From: Spirochaetia bacterium | GTDB taxonomy: Bacteria; Spirochaetota; Spirochaetia; SP-2023 | Length of the DNA stretch: 64,000 nt | Assembly: GCA_965225855.1 (NCBI GenBank) | Contig: CBDDCK010000005.1 | Location: 96,001 to 160,000, forward strand | Direction: 5' to 3' | In this document: in pieces, positions 1 through 9,239 of the stretch | Position numbering within the stretch: position 1 is the first letter of the stretch | Layout of the letters: each line of letters opens with the position of its first letter | The notes under the pieces: model-generated | Databases searched by the model: none | The model's input: the letters and a program-made list of their open reading frames with translations, nothing else | What the model was told of the DNA's origin: nothing | Translations under genes and position numbers: made by a program

Positions 1-427
1 TATTAAATAGGTGGGAGGTAATTCTATGGTTAGAGGGGGCTGGGGTATTTATTTATCGGTATTGTTCTCAAGCTCTGCTTTAGCCTTAGCTAAAATTTCT
101 TTTACCAGCCGATCATTAATAATCGTTTGGCTATGTTTTAGGCTTTTTTTATCTGAAACCCTTTCGCCTTTACCTTCCCATTTGTGCCAAAAAAATCCCG
201 AGTTATCACGTCTTATCCCGTTCAGTTATCATGTCCTCTTTCAGCTACAAGCCCCAAAAGCCACAATTGAGACAAAGAATAAGATAGTTAGGCATATTTT
301 TTATTTACTGATTATACAATCCTTTAATTTAGTTTTTGCGCTATAGACCCAAGCACAGTATGTGTATGATAATATAGTCTAAAAGATTGTCTATATATTA
401 TTCTGCTTTTGTATCAAGATTGCCTCC

Positions 428-1690
428 CTACAGAAGGCTGCCTTGATACAAGCCCAATATCTGCTGTGCGGCCACTTGGCCTGCGTTTTCGATATGGAAA
501 ATATGCTTATCGAGTACTTGGCCAGAGATTTGCTTTGCTAACAATTGGGGCAATAGCTGGGGTAGCTGGGCCAGCTGTTCTACATGCAAAGCAGCCCCTA
601 CATCTTCTAGCAGCTCAAATACTGAATCAGGGGCTTCAATATCGCTACTTTCATAGCCCATAGTTTCCACACGGTCTTGGTACAAGCCTAATACAGGTTT
701 TTGATAGAAAAAGGCAAAGTCATAGATAATGCCGGAAATATCGCAGATCAGCAATGTTGCTTGCTCTAATGAAGGCCGATTATCAACTTCTCTATCTATG
801 GTGATGCGCTCGCCGTAAAGCTTTTTGACTTGTTCTAATTCCTCTTTATTGGAAACCCAAGCTTGGGGGTGCGGGCGAAAAATTACGTGATAGGAAAGTG
901 CTAGCACTTGCTCAATAATTGTTTCTACTTGGTTTAAGAAAGAGCGTTCGCCCCAAGATGAGGCTAGCAAAATACAAGGCTGTTGTTCTAAATCTTTAGT
1001 TTGTGGAGCATTGCCTTTATTACCTTGTCCTTCCTTGGCAAAATAGTTTTGGTAGTAGGGGCAACCAGTAGCCAATAGCTTGCGTTCGTGCACTAGGCCT
1101 TTTTTGCGCATATAGTCGGTGGTGCGCTTTTGTTCGAGCAATGCAAGGTTGTCCATGACATATTGGCTACTGCAAAGAACCGAGTCGAAATGGTCAAACG
1201 CAAACTTTTCGTAGGTGTGCACATCGGTTGGGGAATGCATTACATGGCAGTAATGCTCTGTATGGGGTGAACGTTTGAGTTGCATTATGCCAAGCTGTGG
1301 GGTGGTCATCACACACATTTTGGCTTTAAGGCGGTTCATACTGTAAATGGCACTGTTGAGTTTGCCTAGGTAAATGGCTTGCGCCTGCGTGGGTTGGTTT
1401 AGCCATTTTAGCCCCGGGTCATCTTGACCAGCGGTAAGATAGACAAAGCTTTGGCCTTGTTGCAGTAGCTCTTGGCATATTGGTTGGAAGACGGGCCAGT
1501 AATTGCGCCCTTCGCTAAAAAATACTAATTGGCCTGCAAAATCACTGCTACAGGCATTGCGCTTGCCTGTAATTACGCTAACCAAGCGGTAGAACAGCCC
1601 ACGCAAGTAAAAGAGCAGGGCTAGGGACAAACCTACAATGACAGAACCTAAAAGGCTTCCGGTCCCTGGGTCAATATAACTAAAAATCAT
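428..1690 (-). CDS. CDP-glycerol glycerophosphotransferase-like (GT-B fold) membrane-anchored protein
   Basis: N-terminal YIDPGTGS plus TM helix; ILLASSWG, FRPHPQ and LICDISGIIYDFAF motifs typical of TagF-like family. Start moved to the ATG at 1690. Confidence 0.65.
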   Translation of the reverse strand: MIFSYIDPGTGSLLGSVIVGLSLALLFYLRGLFYRLVSVITGKRNACSSDFAGQLVFFSEGRNYWPVFQPICQELLQQGQSFVYLTAGQDDPGLKWLNQPTQAQAIYLGKLNSAIYSMNRLKAKMCVMTTPQLGIMQLKRSPHTEHYCHVMHSPTDVHTYEKFAFDHFDSVLCSSQYVMDNLALLEQKRTTDYMRKKGLVHERKLLATGCPYYQNYFAKEGQGNKGNAPQTKDLEQQPCILLASSWGERSFLNQVETIIEQVLALSYHVIFRPHPQAWVSNKEELEQVKKLYGERITIDREVDNRPSLEQATLLICDISGIIYDFAFFYQKPVLGLYQDRVETMGYESSDIEAPDSVFELLEDVGAALHVEQLAQLPQLLPQLLAKQISGQVLDKHIFHIENAGQVAAQQILGLYQGSLL

Positions 1691-1787
1691 GGCGCAATTA
1701 TATAGAGAAACAAAAAAAATAGCCACCCCCAAACCTTCACAATAAAAACCAAACCATGCCATAACTATGTACTTTTGAAAAGCAACA

Positions 1788-1853
1788 ATTATGGACTAGG
1801 TCGGTCCATAGTTATCGACTTGCTGCGTCTATAGCTATGGACTGGTTGCTTTG
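1788..1853. repeat. Palindromic REP-like element A (partial copy)
   Basis: TATGGAC-TAGGTCG-GTCCATAGTTATCGACT followed by ATAGCTATGGA; same element at 5272 and 47808. Confidence 0.8.
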
Positions 1854-1981
1854 ATGGTTTATAGATTCAACTAATATTCAATGCAAATGGATTGGCATTG
1901 ATTTTTAACCACCTTACAACACTAAACAACACTAAGACACAAAAAAACTTGTAAAAACTTGTAAAAAAGCTTATATGGGCC

Positions 1982-2008
1982 TTGACGCAACACCCCCCCT
2001 AACAAAAT
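1982..2008 (+). promoter_or_regulatory. Candidate lipoprotein promoter with C7 tract
   Basis: TTGACG followed by a C7 run (1993-1999) and CAAAAT; conserved upstream of all three lipoprotein paralogues. The -10 box is poor. Confidence 0.35.
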
Positions 2009-2071
2009 AGGGATTTACAGACTAGCCCGTATGGGTTGGCTAATCTTTATCCCTTGTTGGAGGTATTGCTT

Positions 2072-4099
2072 ATGTATAAGCTCAAACTACTTTTATTGCC
2101 TGTAGCCTGGCTACTGGCTTTTATGGCCTTTGCCTGCGCCCCACCCGATGACGATGCGCCGTCTTCTGGGCCTTCTGGGCCTTCTGGGCCGACTATCAAT
2201 AACGCCATCTACGACTTTGCTACGGCTCTGTTAACCATACAAGGCACGAAATTAAGTCCTACAGAAGCGCAAATCCAAACTATCACGGTAGCTGGCCTAG
2301 CCTTCAGTTCCTATACTGCAGATGACGATGCCACTGGGCTAAATAGTAACGGTCTTGAACAAGGTAAGTACCGTATTAAAAGCGATGGCACAGCGCTTTG
2401 GCTGAAACTTACCGATCGACATAAAGCTGTTCTTGAGGCCAAGGTGGGTAGCAATGGTCTAAAAAAAGGGTTGCTTAGCGTTGGCTCTGGTGCTTGGGCG
2501 GGTTTAGATACAGCCAAAGACTTGGACGTTAGTAATGTACCCGAAAATAAGCAGTCTAAAGTATCCGATGACAATCAGCCATCTAAGCAAACTGAAGAAG
2601 CTGAACAAGTCGAAGAGGAGTCGCCTGAAGCCGCAATTACCGGTGCAAGCTACCATGTTGGCACGGCTCTACTAACTTTACAAGGTTCTAACTTAAGTGC
2701 TACAACTGCGACCCAAGCGCAAATCCAAACTATCAGGGTAGGAAGCCGAACAAATGGTGTAGCCTTAAGTTCCTATACTGCAGATACCACAGCCACTGGG
2801 CCAGATAGTCGCAGTCTTGCAAAAGGTAAGTACCGCATTAAAAGCGATGGCACAGTGCTTTGGCTTTACCTTACCGATACCGATAAAGCTATTCTTCAGG
2901 GCAAGCCCGGTATGGATAGCAATGGTCTAAAAGATGGGTTGCTTAGCGTTGGCACTGGCACTTGGGCGGGTTTAAATACAGCCAAAGCCTTGGCCGTTAG
3001 TGGTAACCCACCCGCAATTACCCGTGCAACCTACAATATTGTTACAGACGTGTTAGTGATTACAGGTGTCAATTTACCAAAAGCAGTTACAGGCTGGGAC
3101 TTTAGCAAATTGAGGCTTGTATCCGGTGATGGTAGTGAGAGCTACACATTACCCCGGCACGCAATAGGTGAAAATACAGCCACAGGTTCTGCAGCAAGTG
3201 CAACAAGCTTAACGATTCTTTTAAAGGGTAGTGAAAAAGACAAAGCCGATGCTATACTGGTTAAGAATGGTGATAGTGATGATAATGGTGCATACAACCT
3301 GGAAGCAGCAGCAGGATTTGCAGGTGGTAGGGCTGAAGACACAAGCAACCCGATTATCGTTAGTGGCTATGTAGGTTTTATCAAAGACTTACACTACTAT
3401 GTTAACACAGGCGTTTTATATATTAATGGTGGCGGTTTACCAAAAGCAGTTGCAGACTGGGACTTTAGCAAATTGACGCTTGTATCCGGTGATGGTAAGA
3501 AGAAATACACATTACCCCGGCACGCAATAGGTGAAAACACAGCCACAGGTTCTAGTGCAAGTGCAATAGACTTAAGTATTACTTTAAGCGGTAGTGTAAA
3601 AGCGGAAGCCGAGAAGATATTGGTTAAGGATGGTAAAAGTGATAATGCTGGTGCATACAACCTGGAAGCAGCAGCAGGATTTGCAGGTTATAGCGCAGCA
3701 GACACAAGCAACCCTATTACCGTTAGTGGCTATGTAAGCCAGCTCAACTACTCAAACTACTTTGCTAGTAGTGGCCAGTTATATATTTATGGTAGCCGTT
3801 TACCGACAGCAGTTGCAGACTGGGACTTTAGCAAATTGACGATTGTATCCGGTGATGGTAAGAAGAAATACCAATTACCCAAGCACTCAACTTTAGGTTC
3901 AAACAAAGCCACAGGTTCTAGTGCAAGTACAATAATCGTATTGATTACTTTAAGCGGTAGTGTAAAAGCGGAAGCCGAGAAGATACTGGTTAAGGCTGGT
4001 GTTCGTGATAATGATGGTGTATACAACCTGGAAGCAGCAGCAGGATTTGAAGGTGGTAGCGCAGAAGACCTAACCACTAGTATTAATGTTATAAGGTAG
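2072..4099 (+). CDS. Modular surface lipoprotein, paralogue 1 (2 A-type + 3 B-type ~120-aa beta-rich repeats)
   Basis: RBS GGAGG before ATG 2072; signal peptide ending MAFA-C; internal repeats (GKYRIKSDGTALWL type A; WDFSKLTLVSGDG...YNLEAAAGF type B). Confidence 0.85.
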   Translation: MYKLKLLLLPVAWLLAFMAFACAPPDDDAPSSGPSGPSGPTINNAIYDFATALLTIQGTKLSPTEAQIQTITVAGLAFSSYTADDDATGLNSNGLEQGKYRIKSDGTALWLKLTDRHKAVLEAKVGSNGLKKGLLSVGSGAWAGLDTAKDLDVSNVPENKQSKVSDDNQPSKQTEEAEQVEEESPEAAITGASYHVGTALLTLQGSNLSATTATQAQIQTIRVGSRTNGVALSSYTADTTATGPDSRSLAKGKYRIKSDGTVLWLYLTDTDKAILQGKPGMDSNGLKDGLLSVGTGTWAGLNTAKALAVSGNPPAITRATYNIVTDVLVITGVNLPKAVTGWDFSKLRLVSGDGSESYTLPRHAIGENTATGSAASATSLTILLKGSEKDKADAILVKNGDSDDNGAYNLEAAAGFAGGRAEDTSNPIIVSGYVGFIKDLHYYVNTGVLYINGGGLPKAVADWDFSKLTLVSGDGKKKYTLPRHAIGENTATGSSASAIDLSITLSGSVKAEAEKILVKDGKSDNAGAYNLEAAAGFAGYSAADTSNPITVSGYVSQLNYSNYFASSGQLYIYGSRLPTAVADWDFSKLTIVSGDGKKKYQLPKHSTLGSNKATGSSASTIIVLITLSGSVKAEAEKILVKAGVRDNDGVYNLEAAAGFEGGSAEDLTTSINVIR

Positions 4100-4166
4100 A
4101 GTTTGGTTGTTGCGGTAAGCAATGCTTGGTTGGCCTATTGTTCGCTTTTAGAGAATAGGCTTAGTG

Positions 4167-4211
4167 GGCAAGCAAGGTTTAGGCTTTAGGCCAAGCTTTG
4201 CTTGCCTTTTT
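4167..4211 (+). terminator. Probable rho-independent terminator
   Basis: GGCAAGCAA...TTGCTTGCC stem followed by T5, downstream of the lipoprotein gene. Confidence 0.5.
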
Positions 4212-4230
4212 ATTAGATAATATAATTATC

Positions 4231-4298
4231 AACCCACTACCAGCTTGGTAGTGGGTTACAATTACCTTGGTTTGTTGGTACTACCAGCTTGGTAGTGG
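4231..4298. repeat. Palindromic REP-like element B (two copies)
   Basis: AACCCACTACCAGCTTGGTAGTGGGTT and CTACCAGCTTGGTAGTGG; variants near 5221, 47881 and 48631. Confidence 0.7.
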
Positions 4299-4416
4299 AA
4301 TAATTACCATTATGGGAATCTAGTTTTTAGAATCGACTACTTTATTTACCTTTTGTTTTGGGCTTGGTACAACCAAACCATTGCTTGACTTTTTAGCAAA
4401 AGTTTCGGCTAAGCTC

Positions 4417-4445
4417 TTGACTTTGTTTACACTTTAGGCTATATT
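4417..4445 (+). promoter_or_regulatory. Sigma70-type promoter, probably leaderless transcript
   Basis: TTGACT-17 nt-TATATT, ending 6 nt before ATG 4452; no RBS. Confidence 0.65.
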
Positions 4446-4451
4446 GGGCTA

Positions 4452-5171
4452 ATGAATAATTTAGCCGAACACCATGACCAAGCTTTGATACAAGACCTAA
4501 TCGAAAACCTACTAAAAGAAAATTTAGCTAAGGAAGTGCAGCGCCAGCTACAAGACCAATTGGCGCAGCAACCATTGCCAGCACCCGCTAAAGTCGAAAG
4601 GCCCAATTATGGGCCCGAACTACTAGAACGCATGGTGCGTGTGGAAGAAGAGCTCAAGCACCAAAGAGAGCTGCTGCAACAAAACCAAGAAGTGCTTAAA
4701 ACCTTTATCCAGCAAATGGACAAGCGCTTTGAGCAAGTCGACAAGCGCTTTGAACAAGTCGACAAGCGCTTTGAACAAGTCGACAAGCGCTTTGAACAAG
4801 TCGACAAGCGCTTTGAACAAGTCGATAAGCGCTTTGAAGCTATTCAGCAAAGTATTGATAAGCGCTTTGAACAAGTCGACAAGCGCTTTGAAGCTATTCA
4901 GCAAAGTATCGACAAGCGCTTTGAACAAGTCGATAAGCGCTTTGAGGCTATGCAACAAAGTATCGACAAGCGCTTTGAGCAAATGGACAAGCGCTTTGAA
5001 GCTATGCAGCAAAGTATCGATAAACGCTTTGAAGCTATGCAACAAAGCATCGATAAACGCTTTGAAGCTATGCAACAAAATATGGATAAAAGGTTTTTGA
5101 TGTTGCAATGGTTTATAGGAACAGGCATTGGCCTAGTTATCGGTATCTTGGGCTTGCTTAGATTGATGTAA
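4452..5171 (+). CDS. Bdr-like / CCDC90-DUF1640-like coiled-coil repeat protein with C-terminal TM anchor
   Basis: 15 DKRF units in mixed 7-aa (21 bp) and 11-aa (33 bp) repeats; hydrophobic C-terminus WFIGTGIGLVIGILGLL. Confidence 0.8.
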   Translation: MNNLAEHHDQALIQDLIENLLKENLAKEVQRQLQDQLAQQPLPAPAKVERPNYGPELLERMVRVEEELKHQRELLQQNQEVLKTFIQQMDKRFEQVDKRFEQVDKRFEQVDKRFEQVDKRFEQVDKRFEAIQQSIDKRFEQVDKRFEAIQQSIDKRFEQVDKRFEAMQQSIDKRFEQMDKRFEAMQQSIDKRFEAMQQSIDKRFEAMQQNMDKRFLMLQWFIGTGIGLVIGILGLLRLM

Positions 5172-5271
5172 GCCCTACGGTTGCTTGCCTTTTTTGGGCG
5201 GCAAATATGGCTAGTAATTCACTACCAAGCGGGTAGTGGGTTGCACTGTATTGAATATTGAGAAACAACCT

Positions 5272-5312
5272 AGTCGATAACTATGGACTAGGTCGGTCCA
5301 TAGTTATCGACT
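5272..5312. repeat. Palindromic element A (17-bp perfect stem, 7-nt loop)
   Basis: AGTCGATAACTATGGAC-TAGGTCG-GTCCATAGTTATCGACT. Confidence 0.9.
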
Positions 5313-5431
5313 TGTACAGTCCATAGCTATGGAATTACCTATTGTGTTTTTGCGTGTGGCCTTTGGGGTTGTTTTGTAAACTTCACTTTAGATTGTATGG
5401 AATAATATATAGAAAATAAATTAATTTTTGA

Positions 5432-5460
5432 TTGACAAATCTAATTTTATGATCAATAAT
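5432..5460 (+). promoter_or_regulatory. Candidate promoter of the catabolic operon
   Basis: TTGACA-17 nt-AATAAT; AAGGAG upstream of ATG 5487. Confidence 0.5.
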
Positions 5461-5486
5461 CTTTTTAGAAGGAGTCTATCTTTGAA

Positions 5487-6164
5487 ATGAAGTATTTTAT
5501 TGACAGTGCAAAATTGGAAGAAATACAATACGCCTATGAATATTGGGGTATTGATGGTGTTACGACAAACCCTAAGCATATTCAGGCTAGTGGTCTATCG
5601 CTTGGTAAAGTTTTGGAAAATATTGCTTCTTGGGCAGCAAATAGTCATTTGGAAAACTGGTCTAAATTTCCTATCTCTATCGAAACAAACCCTCACGAAA
5701 CAAATGCAGATAATCTTATTCGTGATGGTTTGGAGCTTGCCAAAATTTCGCCTAACTATGTTGTTAAAATAGCCTGTACCGAGACGGGGCTTATTGCCGC
5801 AAGGAAGCTGGAACAAAAAGGGATTCGTACCAACATAACTTTGGTGTTTTCACCCTCACAGGCAATTATTGCTGCTAAGATCAATGCTTTATTTGTTTCG
5901 CCTTTTGTTGGTTGGAAAGAGACTAGTGGAGAAGAATGCGGCCCTTACATTGAAGCTATTACCGATATTTACAGGAATTATGGATTTTCTACAGAAATTA
6001 TTGTAGCTGCGCTGCGCTCGGGAAAACAAATTGCAGAAGTAGCAACTTATGGAGCGGACATTACAACCTGTGGAATACAAGTTTATCGTGATAGTTTCTA
6101 TCATCCATTTACGGATTTTGGCTTGAATGTCTTTCGTCAAGCTTGGGATGCTACAGAAAAATAA
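5487..6164 (+). CDS. sqvA: Transaldolase family, probable sulfofructose transaldolase (SqvA/SftT-like)
   Basis: DGVTTNP, VVKI, NITLVFS and FVSPFVGWKE motifs. The overall sequence closely resembles Bacillus SqvA as I recall it, and the operon context agrees. Confidence 0.75.
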   Translation: MKYFIDSAKLEEIQYAYEYWGIDGVTTNPKHIQASGLSLGKVLENIASWAANSHLENWSKFPISIETNPHETNADNLIRDGLELAKISPNYVVKIACTETGLIAARKLEQKGIRTNITLVFSPSQAIIAAKINALFVSPFVGWKETSGEECGPYIEAITDIYRNYGFSTEIIVAALRSGKQIAEVATYGADITTCGIQVYRDSFYHPFTDFGLNVFRQAWDATEK

Positions 6165-6223
6165 AATATTGTGTGTTATAAATACACTCAAGCGAGTGAA
6201 AATTTGGCATATAGAGCACAGCA

Positions 6224-7357
6224 ATGAGTATACTACGTTATGGTATTATTGGTTCGGGTATGATGGGCCGAGAACATATACAAAATTTACAGTTGTTGAA
6301 AGATACTTCTATTACAGCTATTTGGGAGCCTAACAGGGGACAGCAGCTTTTGTCTATTGAAATGGTGGCTAATGCCAAAATTCATAGTTCTTTAAATAGT
6401 ATTTTAGGAGATACAAATGTTGATGTATGGGTTATTGCCTCGCCAAACTTCACTCATATGGATATTTTGCGGGAGATCATCGGCCAGGATAATCGTCCGA
6501 TTTTAGTGGAAAAGCCTGTGGTTACCACTAAAGAAGATTGCTTTGAGCTTATGGAATTGGCTGCTGGATATTGCCAACCTATCTGGGTAGCTATGGAATA
6601 TCGTTATATGGCTGTTTCTCAAATTTTGATGGAGAAGGTGCACCAGCAGAAATTGATTGGTGAATTGAAATCGGTTTCGATTCGTGAACATCGTTTTCCT
6701 TTTCTAAAGAAAGTAGATGATTGGAACCGTTTTAACAAAAATACTGGGGGCACACTGGTCGAGAAGTGTTGCCATTTTTTCGACTTAATTCGCTTGATTA
6801 CCCAAGATGAAGTAACGCAAGTTTATGCTTCGGGAGGTTGCAATGTAAATCATTTGCAGGAAAAATATAATGGGAAAGTACCTGATATTCTGGATAATGC
6901 TTTTGTCATTATGGAGATGAAATCTGGTAAACGCGCTTTTCTTGATCTTTGTATGTTCTGTGATGGTTCTTATTATCAAGAGGAGATTTGCCTCGTTGGT
7001 GATAAAGGTAAACTGGAAGGGCGTATCCCAGGGCCAGAACGCTTGTGGGCAGTCGACAGCCTGGAGGATTTGGGTGCTTCTACCGGTTTTCTGGGTAAGA
7101 CGCGTCCGGCTAAAATTATTTTTAGTCCTAGAGTACCTAAAGGTCCGATTCGTGAAATTGTTGAGACTGAAGCGATTCTCCAGCAAGCTGGTGATCATCA
7201 TGGAGGAACATTTTTTCAACATAAATACTTTTATGAGGTAGTTACCAAAGGGCGTAAAGTTGATGTTAGTGTGGAAGATGGGGTAAAGGCAGTTTTGATT
7301 GGCTTGGCAGCCCAAGTGTCGATTGCAACGAAGCAAGTAGTCTCTATCTCGCTATAA
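6224..7357 (+). CDS. Gfo/Idh/MocA-fold enzyme, probable NAD+-dependent sulfoquinovosidase (GH188-like)
   Basis: GIIGSGMMG Rossmann motif, LVEKP, MEYRY and IREHRFPFLKKVDDWNRF...GGTLVEKCCHFFDL, which I recognise as the GH188-type signature. Confidence 0.7.
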   Translation: MSILRYGIIGSGMMGREHIQNLQLLKDTSITAIWEPNRGQQLLSIEMVANAKIHSSLNSILGDTNVDVWVIASPNFTHMDILREIIGQDNRPILVEKPVVTTKEDCFELMELAAGYCQPIWVAMEYRYMAVSQILMEKVHQQKLIGELKSVSIREHRFPFLKKVDDWNRFNKNTGGTLVEKCCHFFDLIRLITQDEVTQVYASGGCNVNHLQEKYNGKVPDILDNAFVIMEMKSGKRAFLDLCMFCDGSYYQEEICLVGDKGKLEGRIPGPERLWAVDSLEDLGASTGFLGKTRPAKIIFSPRVPKGPIREIVETEAILQQAGDHHGGTFFQHKYFYEVVTKGRKVDVSVEDGVKAVLIGLAAQVSIATKQVVSISL

Positions 7358-7416
7358 TCGGGTTTGGTTATTTAATTTTAATTTCTTTATATAATTAGGT
7401 ATATTTGGAGGATACC

Positions 7417-8550
7417 ATGAAAAAACTATTGTTTATATTTCTCATTACGCTGATGTTTTTAATAGGCTGTGGGATCGAGAAAAAAGAACCAGTAAAAGAA
7501 GCTGGGGAACAGGAGGAATCGAAGCTAAAGGAGAGTGATTATGATTATACTTCTGTACCACTCAATGCCGAATTTGTCTTTATTGCTTCCCATGATGGAA
7601 ACTTACAGGACTATAAGCACCGTGCTTTAATTCTGCTAAAGAACACAGTCGAGGCTAATTCCAACGGAAAAGTGGGTATTAAAATCTATCCGAATGGGCA
7701 GCTTGCTAGTTCTGTGAACGAAAGAATTGATGGTATTGTGCAAAAGAGTATTGATATTGTAAATACAACAGGAGATGTTAGCGCATATTGGGAACCCATA
7801 TCTATTTTTGATCTACCCTATATGGTTACCGATGATCGACTAATAGAATCTGTATTCAGCGATCCGAAATTTGTTGGCGACTTGCGACAAGGCGCTCTTG
7901 TTGCAACGAATAATGCGCGGCTTATGGTTATAACGAATAGCGGTCGTTGGCGGAATTTTGCTACGACTAAAAAGGCCATCAAATCCGTAGATGATCTGGC
8001 AGGTCTAAAAATCCGTACGATTGCTTCCAAAGTTCAACAACAGTTAGTATCAGCTGTTGGGGCATCGCCTACCAGTATGGCCTGGGGTGATTTATATACT
8101 GCGCTTTCTACCGGTGTTGTCGATGGGACTAAAAATGGAATGGTTGATATTATCAATGCCAAACTAAACGAAAGTGTTAATTATCTAATCCTAGATGGTC
8201 ATGCATATATGGCTGGGTATTGGTGGATGAACAACGAAAAATTTATGTCTTTACCCAATGATTTAAAGCAAGTAATGGTTGATGGTTTTGATGCTCTAAG
8301 CTGGTTTATACGCGAATATAATAAGTATGCGGAAGCGAGTGCTTTTGAAACTTTTAAGGCGACCGGAGGTACCATATACCGGCCAACAAAACAAGAGCTT
8401 ATCGGTTTTCAAGAGAAAGCTAAAGCGGTAGAAGAATGGTTTTCACAGAATGCTTCTGAGGAGACTTTAGAGTGGCTACAGCGTTATAAAGATGAGATTA
8501 TCAAGCAGCAGGCAAATCTTCAAAGAATTCGCAAAATCGAGTCTCAATAA
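7417..8550 (+). CDS. dctP: TRAP transporter substrate-binding lipoprotein
   Basis: GGAGG RBS; lipobox LIGC; IYPNGQL, DLAGLKIRT and LYTALSTGVVDG motifs. Confidence 0.9.
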   Translation: MKKLLFIFLITLMFLIGCGIEKKEPVKEAGEQEESKLKESDYDYTSVPLNAEFVFIASHDGNLQDYKHRALILLKNTVEANSNGKVGIKIYPNGQLASSVNERIDGIVQKSIDIVNTTGDVSAYWEPISIFDLPYMVTDDRLIESVFSDPKFVGDLRQGALVATNNARLMVITNSGRWRNFATTKKAIKSVDDLAGLKIRTIASKVQQQLVSAVGASPTSMAWGDLYTALSTGVVDGTKNGMVDIINAKLNESVNYLILDGHAYMAGYWWMNNEKFMSLPNDLKQVMVDGFDALSWFIREYNKYAEASAFETFKATGGTIYRPTKQELIGFQEKAKAVEEWFSQNASEETLEWLQRYKDEIIKQQANLQRIRKIESQ

Positions 8551-8695
8551 TCTTTAATACGATCGACCCTTTCTTAGCGATTTTTACGATTGGTATGAAA
8601 GGGTGATTTTATCTTTATATCTGTAAATCTTTTTAGAACTTTTACCAAGAATTTAGATTGAAAACTATTATTCAATTATTCTATTCGGACTTGAT

Positions 8696-9235
8696 ATGGA
8701 ACAACACCATAACCAAAAATCAGCCTTATTAATGGTTACTTACATTTTAAACAAAATTCATTCTATTATTAGTTCTGTATTATATAAAATTGGCATGGTA
8801 TTCATGAGTCTTATGACTCTGGCCGTATTGATACAGGTTTTGATGCGCTATGTTTTTTCCAGTCCTATTTCTTGGATTGAAGAATTCTGCATTTATAGCA
8901 TGTTTTTAATGACTTTTCTGTTGGCACCATATATAGCATTAAAAAAAATGAATATTAGTATGACTCTCTTTTATGATAGGATCAAAAACATAAAAGCTAA
9001 GATGATTATAAATATATTATTAAATTTAATTTCCATTTGGGGTATATATACCGTATATCCAAGCATGATGGAAGTCGTGCTAAATAATATTAATGTAACA
9101 ACAACCCAAATGCCCCTGACCAAAGGTCAATTTTACCTGATAGTACCAATTTCTTTTTTTATGGTTATTACTATATCTATAGAGCAGATATTGGCAGATT
9201 TTCATAAAACTACAAAAGATTCTCAGAGAGTATAA
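8696..9235 (+). CDS. dctQ: TRAP transporter small permease
   Basis: 4 TM segments; QVLMRYVFSSPISWIEE. Confidence 0.85.
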   Translation: MEQHHNQKSALLMVTYILNKIHSIISSVLYKIGMVFMSLMTLAVLIQVLMRYVFSSPISWIEEFCIYSMFLMTFLLAPYIALKKMNISMTLFYDRIKNIKAKMIINILLNLISIWGIYTVYPSMMEVVLNNINVTTTQMPLTKGQFYLIVPISFFMVITISIEQILADFHKTTKDSQRV

Positions 9236-9239
9236 ATAT

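Noticed and set aside
11..346. 111-aa plus-strand ORF
   Set aside because: No recognisable motif or RBS. The minus strand shows an interrupted lipoprotein-like frame (ILFFVSIVAFGACS*), so this is probably decayed sequence.
4607..5128. Alternative-frame and antisense ORFs over the DKRF repeats (also 47852-48322)
   Set aside because: Shadows of a stop-free tandem repeat.
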